Source: Polyangiales bacterium
Lineage (GTDB): Bacteria > Myxococcota_A > Polyangia > Polyangiales > Ga0077539
Assembly: GCA_044229975.1 (NCBI GenBank)
Contig: JBGARZ010000005.1
Span: 96,001 to 160,000, forward strand
Length of the DNA: 64,000 nucleotides
Direction of reading: 5' to 3'
Part shown: positions 46,279 to 60,020 of the stretch, piece by piece
How positions within the stretch are numbered: the stretch's first letter is position 1
Layout of the letters: every line of letters starts with the position of its first letter
Notes under the pieces: model-generated
What the model saw: only the letters and a program-made list of their open reading frames with translations
What the model was told of the DNA's origin: nothing
Database searches by the model: none
Position numbers and translations under genes: made by a program

Positions 46279-46812
46279 TCAGCCCGGACCGCCGCCCGCG
46301 TCGGTGCCGCCGTCGCTGCCGCCACCGCCGCCGTCGCTGCCACCGCCGTCACCACCGGCGCCGCCGCCGTCGCTGCCACCACCACCGCCCATCGAGGGGC
46401 ACACGCCGGTCATGGAGATGCAGAGCCCGCTCAGGCAGCAGTAGCGCACCGAGTCAGGATCGCTGGAGGTGCGGCAGGGATCGCAGTCGAGGTCGGCGCT
46501 GCACGACGACGGGCACATCACCGGGCCGCCGCGGTCGGTCGGGGTGACGACGCCGTTGTCGACCGGACCACCGCGATCGGTCGGGGTCACGCCGCGATCG
46601 ACCGGGGTGCCCGCGTCGAAGGAGGGATTGCCCGTGTCGACGCCCGGGATATCGAAGCTCGGGAGCGCCCCCGCGTCGGTCTCCTCACCCACGTCCGTGT
46701 CGACCTGACCGTCTTCGTCCGGAAACATCGTTGCGGGGTCTTCGGCCCCACAGCCGACGGTGAGACCCAGCAGACAAAGGGAGATGGCGCGAAGAAAGCT
46801 CGATCGGCGCAT
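46279..46812 (-). CDS. Small Cys-containing lipoprotein with DxG linker and Gly-rich tail
   Basis: Lipobox [13 protein letters not shown] x2; 8-Cys module; (GGGSD)n tail. Confidence 0.72.
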   Translation of the reverse strand: MRRSSFLRAISLCLLGLTVGCGAEDPATMFPDEDGQVDTDVGEETDAGALPSFDIPGVDTGNPSFDAGTPVDRGVTPTDRGGPVDNGVVTPTDRGGPVMCPSSCSADLDCDPCRTSSDPDSVRYCCLSGLCISMTGVCPSMGGGGGSDGGGAGGDGGGSDGGGGGSDGGTDAGGGPG

Positions 46813-46986
46813 GGTGTCGTCACCCTGGGAGCGGAAGGGGGGTTGGCGGCTGTTTCGTGCTGACCATCGCACGAAACTGTTTCCCCCTTACCAACACGTC
46901 GTAACTTTTCCAAGCCCCGGTTGCGGCGCGTCATGGACCGGCTGGGACGGACTTCCATGCCACGCCTGCATCCCGACGCCGCTTGA

Positions 46987-48495
<1,509 letters not shown>

Positions 48496-48499
48496 CCCT

Positions 48500-51400
48500 T
48501 CAGATCACCGAGCCCAGCGAGAACTGGAAGTTCCAGATGCTCTCGTTGACCTCGGGGTAGCGATTCGGGTTGAACCCGAAGTCGATGGAGATGAGCCCGA
48601 AGGGCGAGTCGAGGCGCACGCCGACGCCGGGCGACCACCGCAGCCGGTAGAGCTGGTCGATGGGGGGAGGCTTCACCCAGAGGTTGCCCACGTCGACGAA
48701 CACCCCGAGCTGCACGCACCCGAAGCCGGTGCAGAGCGGCGTCGGAATGCGCAGGTCGGCCACGGCCACCACGAAGAACTCCCCCCCCGACGATCCGAGC
48801 AACAGCGGGTTGGAGCCCGACGGGTTGGTGAGCGCGGCGTCGATGACGTCCTGCGGGATGAGCTGGTTCTGCTGCCAACCCCGCATGGCGTCGGCGCCGC
48901 CGAGCCAGAAGCGCCGCGACGGGTGCGTGCTCTGCGCGCTCGTCGCGCCGAAGTTGCGACCGAAGCGCCCGCTCAGCATCAGCACGGTGCGCCCGAGGGG
49001 CACATAGCCCGTGACGCGCGCCGTGAGGTGCAGGGTCGTGGGCGTGAGGTTCTGGTTGTCGGCGCTCACCACCTGGAGCACCTCGGCCCGCACCGACGCG
49101 ACGAAGCCGCGCGTCGGGGAGAGCGCGCTGTTGCGGCGGTCGTACTGCAAACCCACGCGCCCGGCGGCCAGCACCGACTCGCCGTCGGAGTACCGCAGGA
49201 GCTGCTGCTGAAGCACCTGCTGGAGCGCGGTGCAGGTCTCCGGGGGATTGCCGAGCTCCTGGCAGCGCATGGGGTACGCGATCACGAGGTCGCGGATGGT
49301 CTGCGCGCCGAAGGGCTGCGTGATGACCCACTGCACCTCGCCGGTCAGGGTGACGGTGAAGTGCCGCAGCGCCGAGAAGAGCAGCGAGGCGCCAGCGCTG
49401 TGCGTGGCGATCGCATAGAACGGCGGCTGGAGCTGGCGCACCGACGAGAGGTCCACCGTGGCGCCCCACGCGGGCCCGAGCAGCGGCACCCACGGGAGCC
49501 CCAGCGACGCCGCGACGCGCCAGTTGAGCAGGTCCGAGAAGCTCGGCTGGATGCCCGCGGGGAAGGTCGGCGTCACCCCGGGGATCTGGAGCAGGTAACC
49601 GCCGCGCGCCTGGATGCCGATGGAGATCGCCCGCCCGAAGACGTTGAGGTGCGTGTACTCCATGCCGAAGCGCACGCCCTCGCCCAGCGAGAAGCCGCCG
49701 CGCACCTCGAAGCCCTGGGGTCGTCGCTCCACCACCTGCACCCGCAGCACCTTGATCGGCGCTTCGAGGTCCGAGTCCTCCAGGCCGACGTTGACGCCGC
49801 CGAAGATGCCCAGCTCGCTCAGCCGCTGCTGCGTCGCCTGCACCTCCGACGCGCGGTACCAGTCGCCCGTCGCCACGGTCATCCGCGAGCGGATCACGTG
49901 CTCCGGCGTGCGCTCGTTGCCCTCGATGCGCACCGCGCCGATGCGCACCCGCGGCCCCTCGTGCACCACCACCTTCAAGCGCGCGCGGGTGTGGTCGGGC
50001 GAGCGCTCGACCTCCAGCTCCGCCCGCACGAAGGCGTAGCCCTCCTCGCGGTACCAGGTGGTCAGGCGCACCCGCGCTTCTTCCACCGCGAGGTACGACA
50101 GCGGAACGCCCACGCGGAGATCGAGCGCGCTCGCGAGGTCGGCCGTGGCGCGATCGCGGTTGCCCTCCACCCGCAGCTCTTCGAGGTACGTGCGCGGCCC
50201 CTCGGTCACCGTGAACGTGAGGTCGACGACGTCGGGGTTGCGGTACCCCACCGGCCCGCGACGCGTGCTCCGTCGCCACAGCCGCACCGGGTTGGGCACC
50301 GCCGCGTCGAGATACCCGATGTCGCGCAGTCGCTGCATGACCCGCTCACGCGCGGCGCCGTCGACCAGCGCCTCGACGTACATCCGGCCGTGCTCTCGCG
50401 GGCCCGCGATGACGTCCGGCTCGGACGGAACGGCCTCCGACACCGCCCCCAGAAACGCCTCTCGCAGCGCGTCCTCCGAGAGCGACCGCGCGCCCTCGAA
50501 GCGCACCGTGCCGAGCAGCGCCGGGACGCCCTCGCGCACCGTCACCCGCAGCACCTTCCGCCCGCCCGGCTCGTCCACCACCTCCGCGACCACCGTCGCC
50601 TCGGCGTAGCCGCGACGCACGTAGAAGGTCCGCACCCGCGCCAGCACCGCGTCGATGCCAGCGCCGTCGAGCCCCTCCTCGGGCAGGTCGAGCGCGTCGC
50701 GCAGTGCCTCCTCGGGAAAGACCCTCACGCCCTGCCAGGCGAGCCGGTAGCGCGGCCCGGGCGTCACCGCGATGGTCACCACCGAGCGACCGCCCTCGAA
50801 GCTCAGCGCCGGGGCGGCGAGCGTCCCTTCGAGGTAGCCGAGCGCCCGCAGCGCCCGCCTCGCCGCAGGCAGATTGCCGCGCAGCCGTCCTGGCGACGCC
50901 ACGCCCCCGTCCACGACGCTCAGCGCCTCGCGCATCGGAGCGATGGCCTCGCTCGGAGCTCCGGGCCAGCGCACCTCGGACACCCGCCGCGCCGCTCCCT
51001 CTTCGACCTCCACCACGAGCACCCGCACGCTCGGGTCGTCGGTCTCCCGCCACGCGCTCGTCACGCGCACCGAGGGGTACCCCGCGTCGCGGTACGCCTC
51101 CTCGACCCGCCCGAGCGCCGCGCTCACCCGCGACTCCGTGACGGCGGCGCCCATCCGCAGCCCGAGCTCGTCGTCGACGTCCGCCTGCGCCCGCGCCGAC
51201 ACCCCGCGGATCGAATACGACTGGAGTCGGTAGCGCCGCTCGCCGCGCACCACGACCTCGATGCCGCCCGACCCGGCCCGCGCCGACACCCGCGCCTCGG
51301 CGAAGGTCCCGCTCGCGAGCGCGATGCGCAGCGCCTCCCTCGCCCGCTCGGCGTTGAACACCGTCCCCGGTGCGAGGCCGGTTCGCACCCACGGGTTCTC

Positions 51401-51571
51401 GCCGGGCAACGCGGGCTCGATGCGAACGGACACCACCGGCCCCGACAGCCCCTCGGCGACGCTGAGGGCCTCCGTCGACGGCGGCGTCTCGACCTCCTCC
51501 ACGACCGGCGTCTGCGCGCCCGCGGTCGCGCTGGCCAGCGCCAGGGCCGCGGCGAGGATCCACCGCCTCAT
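48500..51571 (-). CDS. Omp85 (BamA/TamA-family) outer-membrane protein with multiple POTRA domains
   Basis: Signal peptide from the ATG at 51571, which overlaps the tamB stop. Repeated 'Y...GY..A.V...V.EG' POTRA units; barrel 'F.LGG...MRGW', 'FVD.GN.W', 'G.G.R..SP.G...D.G'. Confidence 0.9.
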   Translation of the reverse strand: MRRWILAAALALASATAGAQTPVVEEVETPPSTEALSVAEGLSGPVVSVRIEPALPGENPWVRTGLAPGTVFNAERAREALRIALASGTFAEARVSARAGSGGIEVVVRGERRYRLQSYSIRGVSARAQADVDDELGLRMGAAVTESRVSAALGRVEEAYRDAGYPSVRVTSAWRETDDPSVRVLVVEVEEGAARRVSEVRWPGAPSEAIAPMREALSVVDGGVASPGRLRGNLPAARRALRALGYLEGTLAAPALSFEGGRSVVTIAVTPGPRYRLAWQGVRVFPEEALRDALDLPEEGLDGAGIDAVLARVRTFYVRRGYAEATVVAEVVDEPGGRKVLRVTVREGVPALLGTVRFEGARSLSEDALREAFLGAVSEAVPSEPDVIAGPREHGRMYVEALVDGAARERVMQRLRDIGYLDAAVPNPVRLWRRSTRRGPVGYRNPDVVDLTFTVTEGPRTYLEELRVEGNRDRATADLASALDLRVGVPLSYLAVEEARVRLTTWYREEGYAFVRAELEVERSPDHTRARLKVVVHEGPRVRIGAVRIEGNERTPEHVIRSRMTVATGDWYRASEVQATQQRLSELGIFGGVNVGLEDSDLEAPIKVLRVQVVERRPQGFEVRGGFSLGEGVRFGMEYTHLNVFGRAISIGIQARGGYLLQIPGVTPTFPAGIQPSFSDLLNWRVAASLGLPWVPLLGPAWGATVDLSSVRQLQPPFYAIATHSAGASLLFSALRHFTVTLTGEVQWVITQPFGAQTIRDLVIAYPMRCQELGNPPETCTALQQVLQQQLLRYSDGESVLAAGRVGLQYDRRNSALSPTRGFVASVRAEVLQVVSADNQNLTPTTLHLTARVTGYVPLGRTVLMLSGRFGRNFGATSAQSTHPSRRFWLGGADAMRGWQQNQLIPQDVIDAALTNPSGSNPLLLGSSGGEFFVVAVADLRIPTPLCTGFGCVQLGVFVDVGNLWVKPPPIDQLYRLRWSPGVGVRLDSPFGLISIDFGFNPNRYPEVNESIWNFQFSLGSVI

Positions 51572-54500
51572 TGGAAATCCATCCGCCACCGGAGGTCGGC
51601 GCCTGCGTTGGCGTTGACCGTTCCGAGCTGGTTGTTGGCGCTCTCCACCAGCGCCTGAACGCTGAGCCCGCCGCGCAACCGCAGGTCGGCGGTGAAGCGC
51701 GCGATGGGGCTCTCGCTGGCCGTGGTCGAGCCGCCGAGGCGCAGGCCATCGAGCACCTGCCGCCCGAGGTACACCTGCGGCTCGGTGCGGTTGGTGCGCG
51801 GGTTGTACGCGCTGCCGATGCGAACATCGTCGAACACCGGCAGCCAGCCCCGCAGGATGCGGTCGACGCCGAGGCCGCGAGAGGCCGCCTCCAGCGCGAG
51901 GGTCTGCGCGGCGTTGGCGGCGCCGATGCGCTCCAGCTCCAGGCGCGTCAGCCGGAAGAGCAGCATCAGCACGATGTCTTCCCGCGAGAGCGACGGCTCG
52001 GCGGAGAGGTCGACGGAGAACTGGTCGGGCGTCCCGTACGCGTGCAGCCCGACGCGCCACTGGCTGCGCGAGCTGTCGCCGGTGCGGCGCACCTCCGTCT
52101 GCGCGGCGACGTCGAAGCGGGCCGCCACCCGGTCGGGGTTGTCGAAGTCCACCACGCCACGACGAACCTCGAACTGGTTCTCGTACACGCGCAGCAGCCC
52201 GCGGGTGATGTGCATGCTGCCGACGATGCCGGGGCGTTGGAGGGTTCCGACGACGCGGAAGGGCCGCGTCTCGTCGAGGCGCAGCTCGGCGTCGACGATG
52301 TTGTTGGCGATGCGCATCGGCACGGGCGTGCGGAGCTGCACGTCGAGGCGCACGAAGTCGTTGGCCGGGTCGTACGCCGCCGGGGCGGCCTCGACGGTGC
52401 GCCCCTGCAAGCGCCCCGCGAAGTCTGCCGAGAGGGGGATGGGCCGCGTGTAGCGGGCGCGCGTGAGGTCGACCACCCCCTGGAGCAGCGGGAGCTCCTC
52501 GCCGCCCTGCCACCGCAGCCGGGCGTCCGCGTTGACCGAGAGCTCGATGCCCTCCTGCGGCGCCAGCGCGAGGTCGCGCACGAGAATGGGAACGTCCAGG
52601 CGGTCGAGGCGCGTGCCGTCGAAGCGCACCATCGCGGGCGAGTCGTCGCGCGTGAACTCCACACGCCCTTGTCCATAGCGAGCGCTCGCCCTCCGCAGGA
52701 TCGCCTCGCTGCCCTCCACGCGCAGGTCGAGCTCGATGTCCCGCAGCGGCGACGTGAGGCCCGCGAGGCCGAGGCTCGCGTCGTGGAGCTCGACGCTCCC
52801 AGACACCGACGGTCGATCGGGCGTACCGCGCGCCCGCAACTGCAACACCCCGACGCCCCGCCCGAAGGTCACCTGCGGGACCCTCGCCGACACCCGCGAC
52901 AGGTCCGCGTCGCCGCGCGCACGCACGTCGAAGCCCGTCACCGCGAAGTCCGCGCCGACGAAGGCCGAGCCCGCGATCCAGAGGCGCGTGCCGTCGGGCC
53001 CGACCAGCACCGGGCGCGCGAGGTCGAAGGGCGTCACCGGGGTCGTCGTGGTCGGCGCCAACCCGCACTCCGCCGCGTCGGGCGGCGCGAGCCACGCCAC
53101 GCCATCCCGGAAGCACAACGCCAGCGCCGCGCCCTGCCCGAGCGTGAGCGGCAGCCCCCGCACATGGACGTCGAGGGCGTTGAGGCGGGCGTGTCCGGTG
53201 GCGCGCGCGAGCTGGTCGAGGCGGGCCTCCTCGAGGGTGAGCTCGAAGCCCGCCGCCACGCGCGGGTCGGCGCCGAGGCGGGCGAGCATCGAGGGCGGCA
53301 ACCACGGGAGCAGGTCGATGGCGCTGCGCGTGGTGATGTGGGCACGCACGCCGCTGCTCCCCCAGGCGCGCTCCCAGGTCGGGTGCGACACCCCCAGCGC
53401 GTCGCGCCAGCGGCTCGCCTCCCACGGAACCATCAACGCCAGGCGCACCTGGAGCTGGTCGGCCAGCGCCCCGAAGTCCACCTCGATGCGACCCACCGGC
53501 GGGCGCTCGTCAGCGCGCGTGGGCAGCGGCCCCTCGGGGAGCTGCGAGACGTGCAGCACGAGGTCACCGAGCGGCCGATCGATGACGCGGAGGTCACGGA
53601 AGCGCGCGTCTCCGATGTACCGCGGCGCGTCGGGTGTCCCCTCGACGGTGACCAGCGCCGAGACGCTCCCGCTCACCGGCATGTGCCGCTCGCGAGCGAG
53701 GTCGAAGGCGGGCATCGGGACGTCCCTCACCTCGGCGACGAAGTGCATGGCGGCACCGAGGTCCATCGCGCCGCTCGCGCGGAGGTGGCCGCCGCCCTTG
53801 GTTCCCGTGAAGTGGTCGAGGTTGACCCGCGCGCCGCGCACGCCGTCCCGACGCCGCAGCCACACGTACGAGAGCGCCGCGTCGACGTCGCCGATTCGTT
53901 CGCCGAAGGCCGTGGCCTGGGCGCGGTGGATGGCGACGTCGGCGGTCATCACCCCGTCGCGGTCGTCGCCGGGTCGGCCGAGCACGTAGTCCACCGTGGC
54001 CTCGACCACGCCGCGCCCGTCGTACGACGCGAAGGTCGGGTCGCCCTCGAAATGAAACATGTTGTAGAAGTCGCCGAGCTCCATCGGATCGGCGTTCATT
54101 CGCGCCCCCGCCCGCAGCGAGAACTGGGTGAAGTCGAGGAAGGCGTTGTGCAGCGTGTACCGCGAGCGGCGGTGCGTGCCCTCCATCCGCACGCTGTCGA
54201 GGCGCTCGTCGCGGAGCACCCACTCGGTGCCGGGCGCCGTCCCGAGGTCGCCGAAGGGGAAGGTGTTGAAGGTGAAGTCGTCAACGTGGGCCACGCCGTG
54301 CACCCGCGGGTGGTCGAAGTCGTCGCTCACCGAGACCGTCGCGGTGGCCTCGCCCGAGATCGGGATGTCGGCGATGGAGCCGAGGTCGGCGAGGTGCATC
54401 CGCTCCACGACGAGGCCCTCGATCTTGAGGTCGGGGTCATGGCCGTCGGTGTCGTCGTTGTCGTGCGATGTCCGCGACCGGATACGGCGCACCGTCGCGC

Positions 54501-55938
54501 GCGACTGGCCGAACTGCACCACGCAGTCGTTCCAGGAGACCGCCTGGTCATCGATCTCCATGCGCAGGCTGATGTGCGCCCGCGGGATGTGCAGCACCGG
54601 CCGCTGCGGCAGCACGATGAAGAAGTCCCGCAGGATGGAGAAGTCGCGGGTCTCCATGTCGGGGAAGTTCGCGACGAGGCGCAGCGGCTTGAGCCCGCCG
54701 CTGAGGTGCGCGTCCCCCGAGAGCGTCCACAGCACCTTGGTGCGCGGCGTCATGGTGACGTCGTTCATGAGCTGGGTGAAGTCGAGCCCGCGGATGGCGA
54801 GCGTGCCCGCGATGGGCATCACGCCGGTGAGCCCGAGGCTCAACCGGTCGGAGTGCAGCGTGGCGCCGGCGTAGCCCGCCGAAAACTCCGTCGCCTCGAC
54901 GTGGGTCGGGTCGGCGGTGATGCGCGTGCGCAGCCGATCGCCGAGGTTGTACCGGAGCATCACCCCGGTGGTCTGATCGGGCGCGTGCAGCCCGACGCCG
55001 AGGCCGGTCACCACCGCGGTCGCGCGGAAGGCCCGCAGCGGCGCGGCGAGGTCGTCGACCGATCCCTGCACGTCGACGGTCACGGCGCCCTCCAGGTCGG
55101 GCGTCCCCGCCACGTTCGCAAGAACGTCCTCCAGATGCGCCTCCACCCGCGCGTCGAGGCTCAGCGCCCGCGCCGTCGGATCGAAGCGCCCCTGACGCAC
55201 CCGCACCGCCGTGCGACCCGCGAGCACCTGCGCCGAGGCGACGTCGATCACGCCGGTGCGCAGGTCGGCCGTGAGCCTCGCCTCCACGCGCGGGATGGAG
55301 CCCTTGAAGAAGGGGGTTCCGCCCGCGGAGTCCATGGCGAGCAGGCCCACCGACCAGCGCTGGCGCCCGAGGTTGAGCAGGTCGACGTCCACCGAGCCGA
55401 GGTCGAAGTTGCCCGCCACGGGATGGCGTATCCGCACCCGCACATCGCTGATCGCCACGTCGCGCAGCGGCACCTCGCCGCTCGTCCCACCGCCGCCGCT
55501 CCGTGTCACGGGCCCGCAGCGGAGCGCAACGGCTCCCCCCGCGCCGCGCTCGAAGGCGAGGTCGACGGTGCCGCCGTCCACGAGCACCCGCGACAGGCGC
55601 ACGTTGCCGCGGAGCAGGTCACCCAGCGAGGGGATCACCTCCAGCGACTCGACGGTCACCAGCGGCGCGCACCCCGGCAGCGGGCGGCGCACCTGGATGC
55701 TGCGAACCCGCACCGCGAGGTTGGTCGGCGAAAACCCCACGGAGCCGTAGGTGAGGTCGAGCCCCGTCGCGGCGAATACCTGGTCGTGTATCTCCTGCGC
55801 CACGCGGCGGGCGAAGCGGTCGCTGCGCACGACGAGCGCGGCCACCACCAGCCCGAGGAGGACGAGCGCCGACAACCAGCGAAACCGCGGGCGAAACCTT
55901 CGCGCGGCGCCGCTGGGTGAGGGTTCGGGGTCGGTCAC
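51568..55938 (-). CDS. tamB: Translocation and assembly module TamB (AsmA-like, C-terminal DUF490)
   Basis: N-terminal TM anchor, about 1450 aa of beta-taco-type repeats, C-terminal 'F....G...F...', 'L.AEP.L.REDI..LL', 'G.DLRWR..F'; adjacent to Omp85. The start is approximate. Confidence 0.87.
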   Translation of the reverse strand: MTDPEPSPSGAARRFRPRFRWLSALVLLGLVVAALVVRSDRFARRVAQEIHDQVFAATGLDLTYGSVGFSPTNLAVRVRSIQVRRPLPGCAPLVTVESLEVIPSLGDLLRGNVRLSRVLVDGGTVDLAFERGAGGAVALRCGPVTRSGGGGTSGEVPLRDVAISDVRVRIRHPVAGNFDLGSVDVDLLNLGRQRWSVGLLAMDSAGGTPFFKGSIPRVEARLTADLRTGVIDVASAQVLAGRTAVRVRQGRFDPTARALSLDARVEAHLEDVLANVAGTPDLEGAVTVDVQGSVDDLAAPLRAFRATAVVTGLGVGLHAPDQTTGVMLRYNLGDRLRTRITADPTHVEATEFSAGYAGATLHSDRLSLGLTGVMPIAGTLAIRGLDFTQLMNDVTMTPRTKVLWTLSGDAHLSGGLKPLRLVANFPDMETRDFSILRDFFIVLPQRPVLHIPRAHISLRMEIDDQAVSWNDCVVQFGQSRATVRRIRSRTSHDNDDTDGHDPDLKIEGLVVERMHLADLGSIADIPISGEATATVSVSDDFDHPRVHGVAHVDDFTFNTFPFGDLGTAPGTEWVLRDERLDSVRMEGTHRRSRYTLHNAFLDFTQFSLRAGARMNADPMELGDFYNMFHFEGDPTFASYDGRGVVEATVDYVLGRPGDDRDGVMTADVAIHRAQATAFGERIGDVDAALSYVWLRRRDGVRGARVNLDHFTGTKGGGHLRASGAMDLGAAMHFVAEVRDVPMPAFDLARERHMPVSGSVSALVTVEGTPDAPRYIGDARFRDLRVIDRPLGDLVLHVSQLPEGPLPTRADERPPVGRIEVDFGALADQLQVRLALMVPWEASRWRDALGVSHPTWERAWGSSGVRAHITTRSAIDLLPWLPPSMLARLGADPRVAAGFELTLEEARLDQLARATGHARLNALDVHVRGLPLTLGQGAALALCFRDGVAWLAPPDAAECGLAPTTTTPVTPFDLARPVLVGPDGTRLWIAGSAFVGADFAVTGFDVRARGDADLSRVSARVPQVTFGRGVGVLQLRARGTPDRPSVSGSVELHDASLGLAGLTSPLRDIELDLRVEGSEAILRRASARYGQGRVEFTRDDSPAMVRFDGTRLDRLDVPILVRDLALAPQEGIELSVNADARLRWQGGEELPLLQGVVDLTRARYTRPIPLSADFAGRLQGRTVEAAPAAYDPANDFVRLDVQLRTPVPMRIANNIVDAELRLDETRPFRVVGTLQRPGIVGSMHITRGLLRVYENQFEVRRGVVDFDNPDRVAARFDVAAQTEVRRTGDSSRSQWRVGLHAYGTPDQFSVDLSAEPSLSREDIVLMLLFRLTRLELERIGAANAAQTLALEAASRGLGVDRILRGWLPVFDDVRIGSAYNPRTNRTEPQVYLGRQVLDGLRLGGSTTASESPIARFTADLRLRGGLSVQALVESANNQLGTVNANAGADLRWRMDFQ

Positions 55939-56046
55939 GGGGGAGGGTGCCTTCCTACCCCAATGTGCCCCGCGGTCGCGAGTCGGTGGTGCGTCGACAT
56001 TTGCCGCGGCCCCTGCGGGTCGATAGAGTCTCCGCCCAGTGCACTC

Positions 56047-57480
<1,434 letters not shown>

Positions 57481-57534
57481 AGAATCCTTCCCGCGCCCAC
57501 CGGCGTGACAGGATCGTCGGGTGCGAGATCGTCC

Positions 57535-58560
57535 ATGAAGCGCCTGGTGTGTCTGTCCCTGCTGGCTGCGTTGTTGGCCCCGCTGAGCGCGGCTGCGCAG
57601 TCGCCCCATGCGGACAGCCTGACGCTCTCCGTGGAGACCCGCGCACAGGACGCCTACCAGATCGGCCGTGACCGCTTTCGCACGGGAGACTTCGCGGCGG
57701 CCCTGGATGACTTCCGCCGCTCGCTCGACCTCGTCGACAGCCCCAACACCCGGATGTACCTCGGGCGCACGCTCCTCCAGCTGGGTCGGCTGCCCGAGTC
57801 GTACGCGACGCTCGACCGCGCGGCCGGCGACGCCGACCGTCGATCGGAGTCCGAGCCGCGCTACGCCGCGACCCGCGACAGCGCCCGCGCCGAGGCCGAC
57901 GACATCCGCCGGTCCATCGCCCTCGTCACCGTGCGCGTCGTGTCCCTCCCTGTCGGGGCCACGTTGAGGGTCGGCGGCGCGGAGGTTCCACGCACGGCCG
58001 TCGGCTTCCCGCTGCCCTTCATGCCCGGCGAGGTCATCGTCGAGCTCGACGCGCCGGGCTTCGCGCCCACGCGCGAGATCGTGATCCTTACTCCGGGCGG
58101 CAACGCCGTGATCGACCTTCACCCCCGGGTCGACGCCACCGCGGTCGCCAGTCCTTCGATGGCGTCGGTTGCGTTGCAAGCTCCCGCGTCGCGCGTCCTC
58201 CCGCCGCCCCCCCCCTCCCACTGGACCGCGCCGCGGGTGGCCGGTCTCACCCTGCTCACCGCGGGCGCGGCGACGGCCATCGCGGGCGTCGTCTTCGGGG
58301 TCTTCGCGTGGTCCGACCACCAGGTGCTGAGCAACCAGGTGGAGCTCGATCAAAGCAGCCCGCTCATCGCGCAGGGCGAGTTTCACCGCGACCTCGCCAA
58401 CGTGCTCATCGGCAGCGGTTCGGCGATGGCCGTCGGCGGTCTGCTGACCTACCTGCTCAACAGCCGCAGCACCGAGGCTCCGCCCTCGCGCCCGGCCCTC
58501 CAGGTCGGCGTCGGCGTCAGCGCCGTCGGCGCGACGCTACACCTCGGGGGCGCGCTGTGA
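57535..58560 (+). CDS. Secreted TPR + PEGA-like protein with C-terminal hydrophobic hairpin
   Basis: Signal peptide; 'G...F..GDF..AL..F..S......PN....LGR....LGR..E' TPRs; PEGA-like 'P.GA...V.G...PG...ELDAPG'. Confidence 0.78.
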   Translation: MKRLVCLSLLAALLAPLSAAAQSPHADSLTLSVETRAQDAYQIGRDRFRTGDFAAALDDFRRSLDLVDSPNTRMYLGRTLLQLGRLPESYATLDRAAGDADRRSESEPRYAATRDSARAEADDIRRSIALVTVRVVSLPVGATLRVGGAEVPRTAVGFPLPFMPGEVIVELDAPGFAPTREIVILTPGGNAVIDLHPRVDATAVASPSMASVALQAPASRVLPPPPPSHWTAPRVAGLTLLTAGAATAIAGVVFGVFAWSDHQVLSNQVELDQSSPLIAQGEFHRDLANVLIGSGSAMAVGGLLTYLLNSRSTEAPPSRPALQVGVGVSAVGATLHLGGAL

Positions 58561-59723
58561 CCCGCTCGTGGCTGCCGCTCGTCGCGACGCTCGGCTCGCT
58601 CTCGGGCTGCGTCCTCGACTTCGACCAGTTTCGCTCACCGAGCGGTACGCGCGACGTCGCTCCCGTCACCGACGCGGGCTTCGATGCGGGCTTCGACGCT
58701 GGTCTCCTCCCCGACGTGGGCACCGACACATCCGACATCCCTGCCATCGACGCGCCCCCGGCGCCCGACCGCGTCAATCCGCAGTGCAGCCCGGCCGCCA
58801 ACGCCTCCATTCGGGTCGCGCACATGGCGGTAGGTCACGGCGTCGTCGACCTGTGCATGCGACGCAACGGCGGCGCCCCGTACGCGCCGGTGATCTCCAG
58901 CGACTGGCCCGACCAGGGCGTGGGCTACGGGATGGTCTCCCAGCACGTCGCGCTCAACCTCCCGGTCACCACCCCCAACGACCGCTGGCAGTTCGCGCTC
59001 GTCCCGCACGGCGCCGACTGCACCGCGGCGGGGGGCGACGCCGGCGTCGCGCTCGCGACCCACTCGGTCACCATCGACCCGCAGAGCGAGTCGACCCTGC
59101 TCTTCACCTCCGAGGTGACCAACGACGGTCGGCTCCTCGGGCTCCTCGGGCTGCTCAACGACCAGCGCTGCACCAACTGCCCGAGCAACACGCTCGACGT
59201 GCGCGCCGTCCACGCGGCCTTCGGCGCCTCCGCCGAGCGCGTCGACTTCTCCATCAACTACAGCCTCCCGCCGTCGTACCCCGAGCCCTTCGTCAACGTC
59301 TTCTTCGCCACCAACGTGTCCTATGGACAGACGGCGCCGGTGGGCGGCGCGGGCTTCGACTGCGACCCCGACTGGCGCGTCGCCGCCGCGCTGCCGCAGA
59401 CCTACACGGTGCAGTTCGCGGCGCTCAACGTCTCCAGTGACATCCTCGCCCGCAGCGATCGCGTCGCGCTCAAGACCGAGCTCCTCCTGCGCTCGCGCAT
59501 GGCGACGCTGTTCTTCTTGGGAGGCGACAGCGTACGCCCGGCGCCGCCCGAGTTCGTGCTCTGTTACGAGGGCGCGCACAACGCGGGCATGACGGTGTGT
59601 GACCGCATCCCCGGCACCGCCGAAGCCCGCCCGACGACCCCGGACGGCGGCGCCACGACGCTCATCCGCGACGCCGGAGTGAGCCCCGCCGACGCCACCG
59701 TCGACGACGACGTGCTGCTCTGA
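58557..59723 (+). CDS. Lipoprotein with two DUF4397-like beta domains
   Basis: GTGA overlap; lipobox LSGC; 'IRVAH...VDLC' and 'VRAVHAA...VD' repeats. Confidence 0.65.
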   Translation: MTRSWLPLVATLGSLSGCVLDFDQFRSPSGTRDVAPVTDAGFDAGFDAGLLPDVGTDTSDIPAIDAPPAPDRVNPQCSPAANASIRVAHMAVGHGVVDLCMRRNGGAPYAPVISSDWPDQGVGYGMVSQHVALNLPVTTPNDRWQFALVPHGADCTAAGGDAGVALATHSVTIDPQSESTLLFTSEVTNDGRLLGLLGLLNDQRCTNCPSNTLDVRAVHAAFGASAERVDFSINYSLPPSYPEPFVNVFFATNVSYGQTAPVGGAGFDCDPDWRVAAALPQTYTVQFAALNVSSDILARSDRVALKTELLLRSRMATLFFLGGDSVRPAPPEFVLCYEGAHNAGMTVCDRIPGTAEARPTTPDGGATTLIRDAGVSPADATVDDDVLL

Positions 59724-59829
59724 CCCGATACCCCTCGCCCACTCCCCGAAACCTCCAACGGGTTCGCCCGCTCCTCACCGTTGACGGAAGAGCCGACGAT
59801 TTTCCGGCGGTGGACGCACATCTGCCCCC

Positions 59830-59857
59830 GTCATGGACATGACATCTCGTCACGAGA
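59830..59857. promoter_or_regulatory. Two adjacent perfect palindromes upstream of fliA (candidate activator-binding sites)
   Basis: GTCATG-GA-CATGAC (59830-59843) and TCTCGT-C-ACGAGA (59845-59857). Confidence 0.35.
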
Positions 59858-60004
59858 CCGACCTCGCGTCTTTGGTTCTCGTGGCGACAGCGCGTTGACG
59901 CCGCCACGACCTGCATTCCACGCACGGGTCGACCTTCGCGCATCTCTCGGTCTGCGTAGCGTATTCGCGCGACACGTCGGACGCGCCCGGCGCCTCGCGG
60001 GCCC

Positions 60005-60020
60005 TGGCACCAATCTTTCA
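60005..60020 (+). promoter_or_regulatory. Possible sigma-54 (-24/-12) promoter of fliA
   Basis: TGGCAC-CAATC-TTTCA versus consensus TGGCAC-N5-TTGC[A/T]. Spacing is correct, but the conserved -12 G is replaced by T. Confidence 0.4.

Noticed and set aside
56000..56026. GTCGATAG upstream of the kinase at 56047 as a sigma-28 promoter
   Set aside because: The -35 position reads TTTGC. The site is better explained by an overlapping TAGAGT -10 element.
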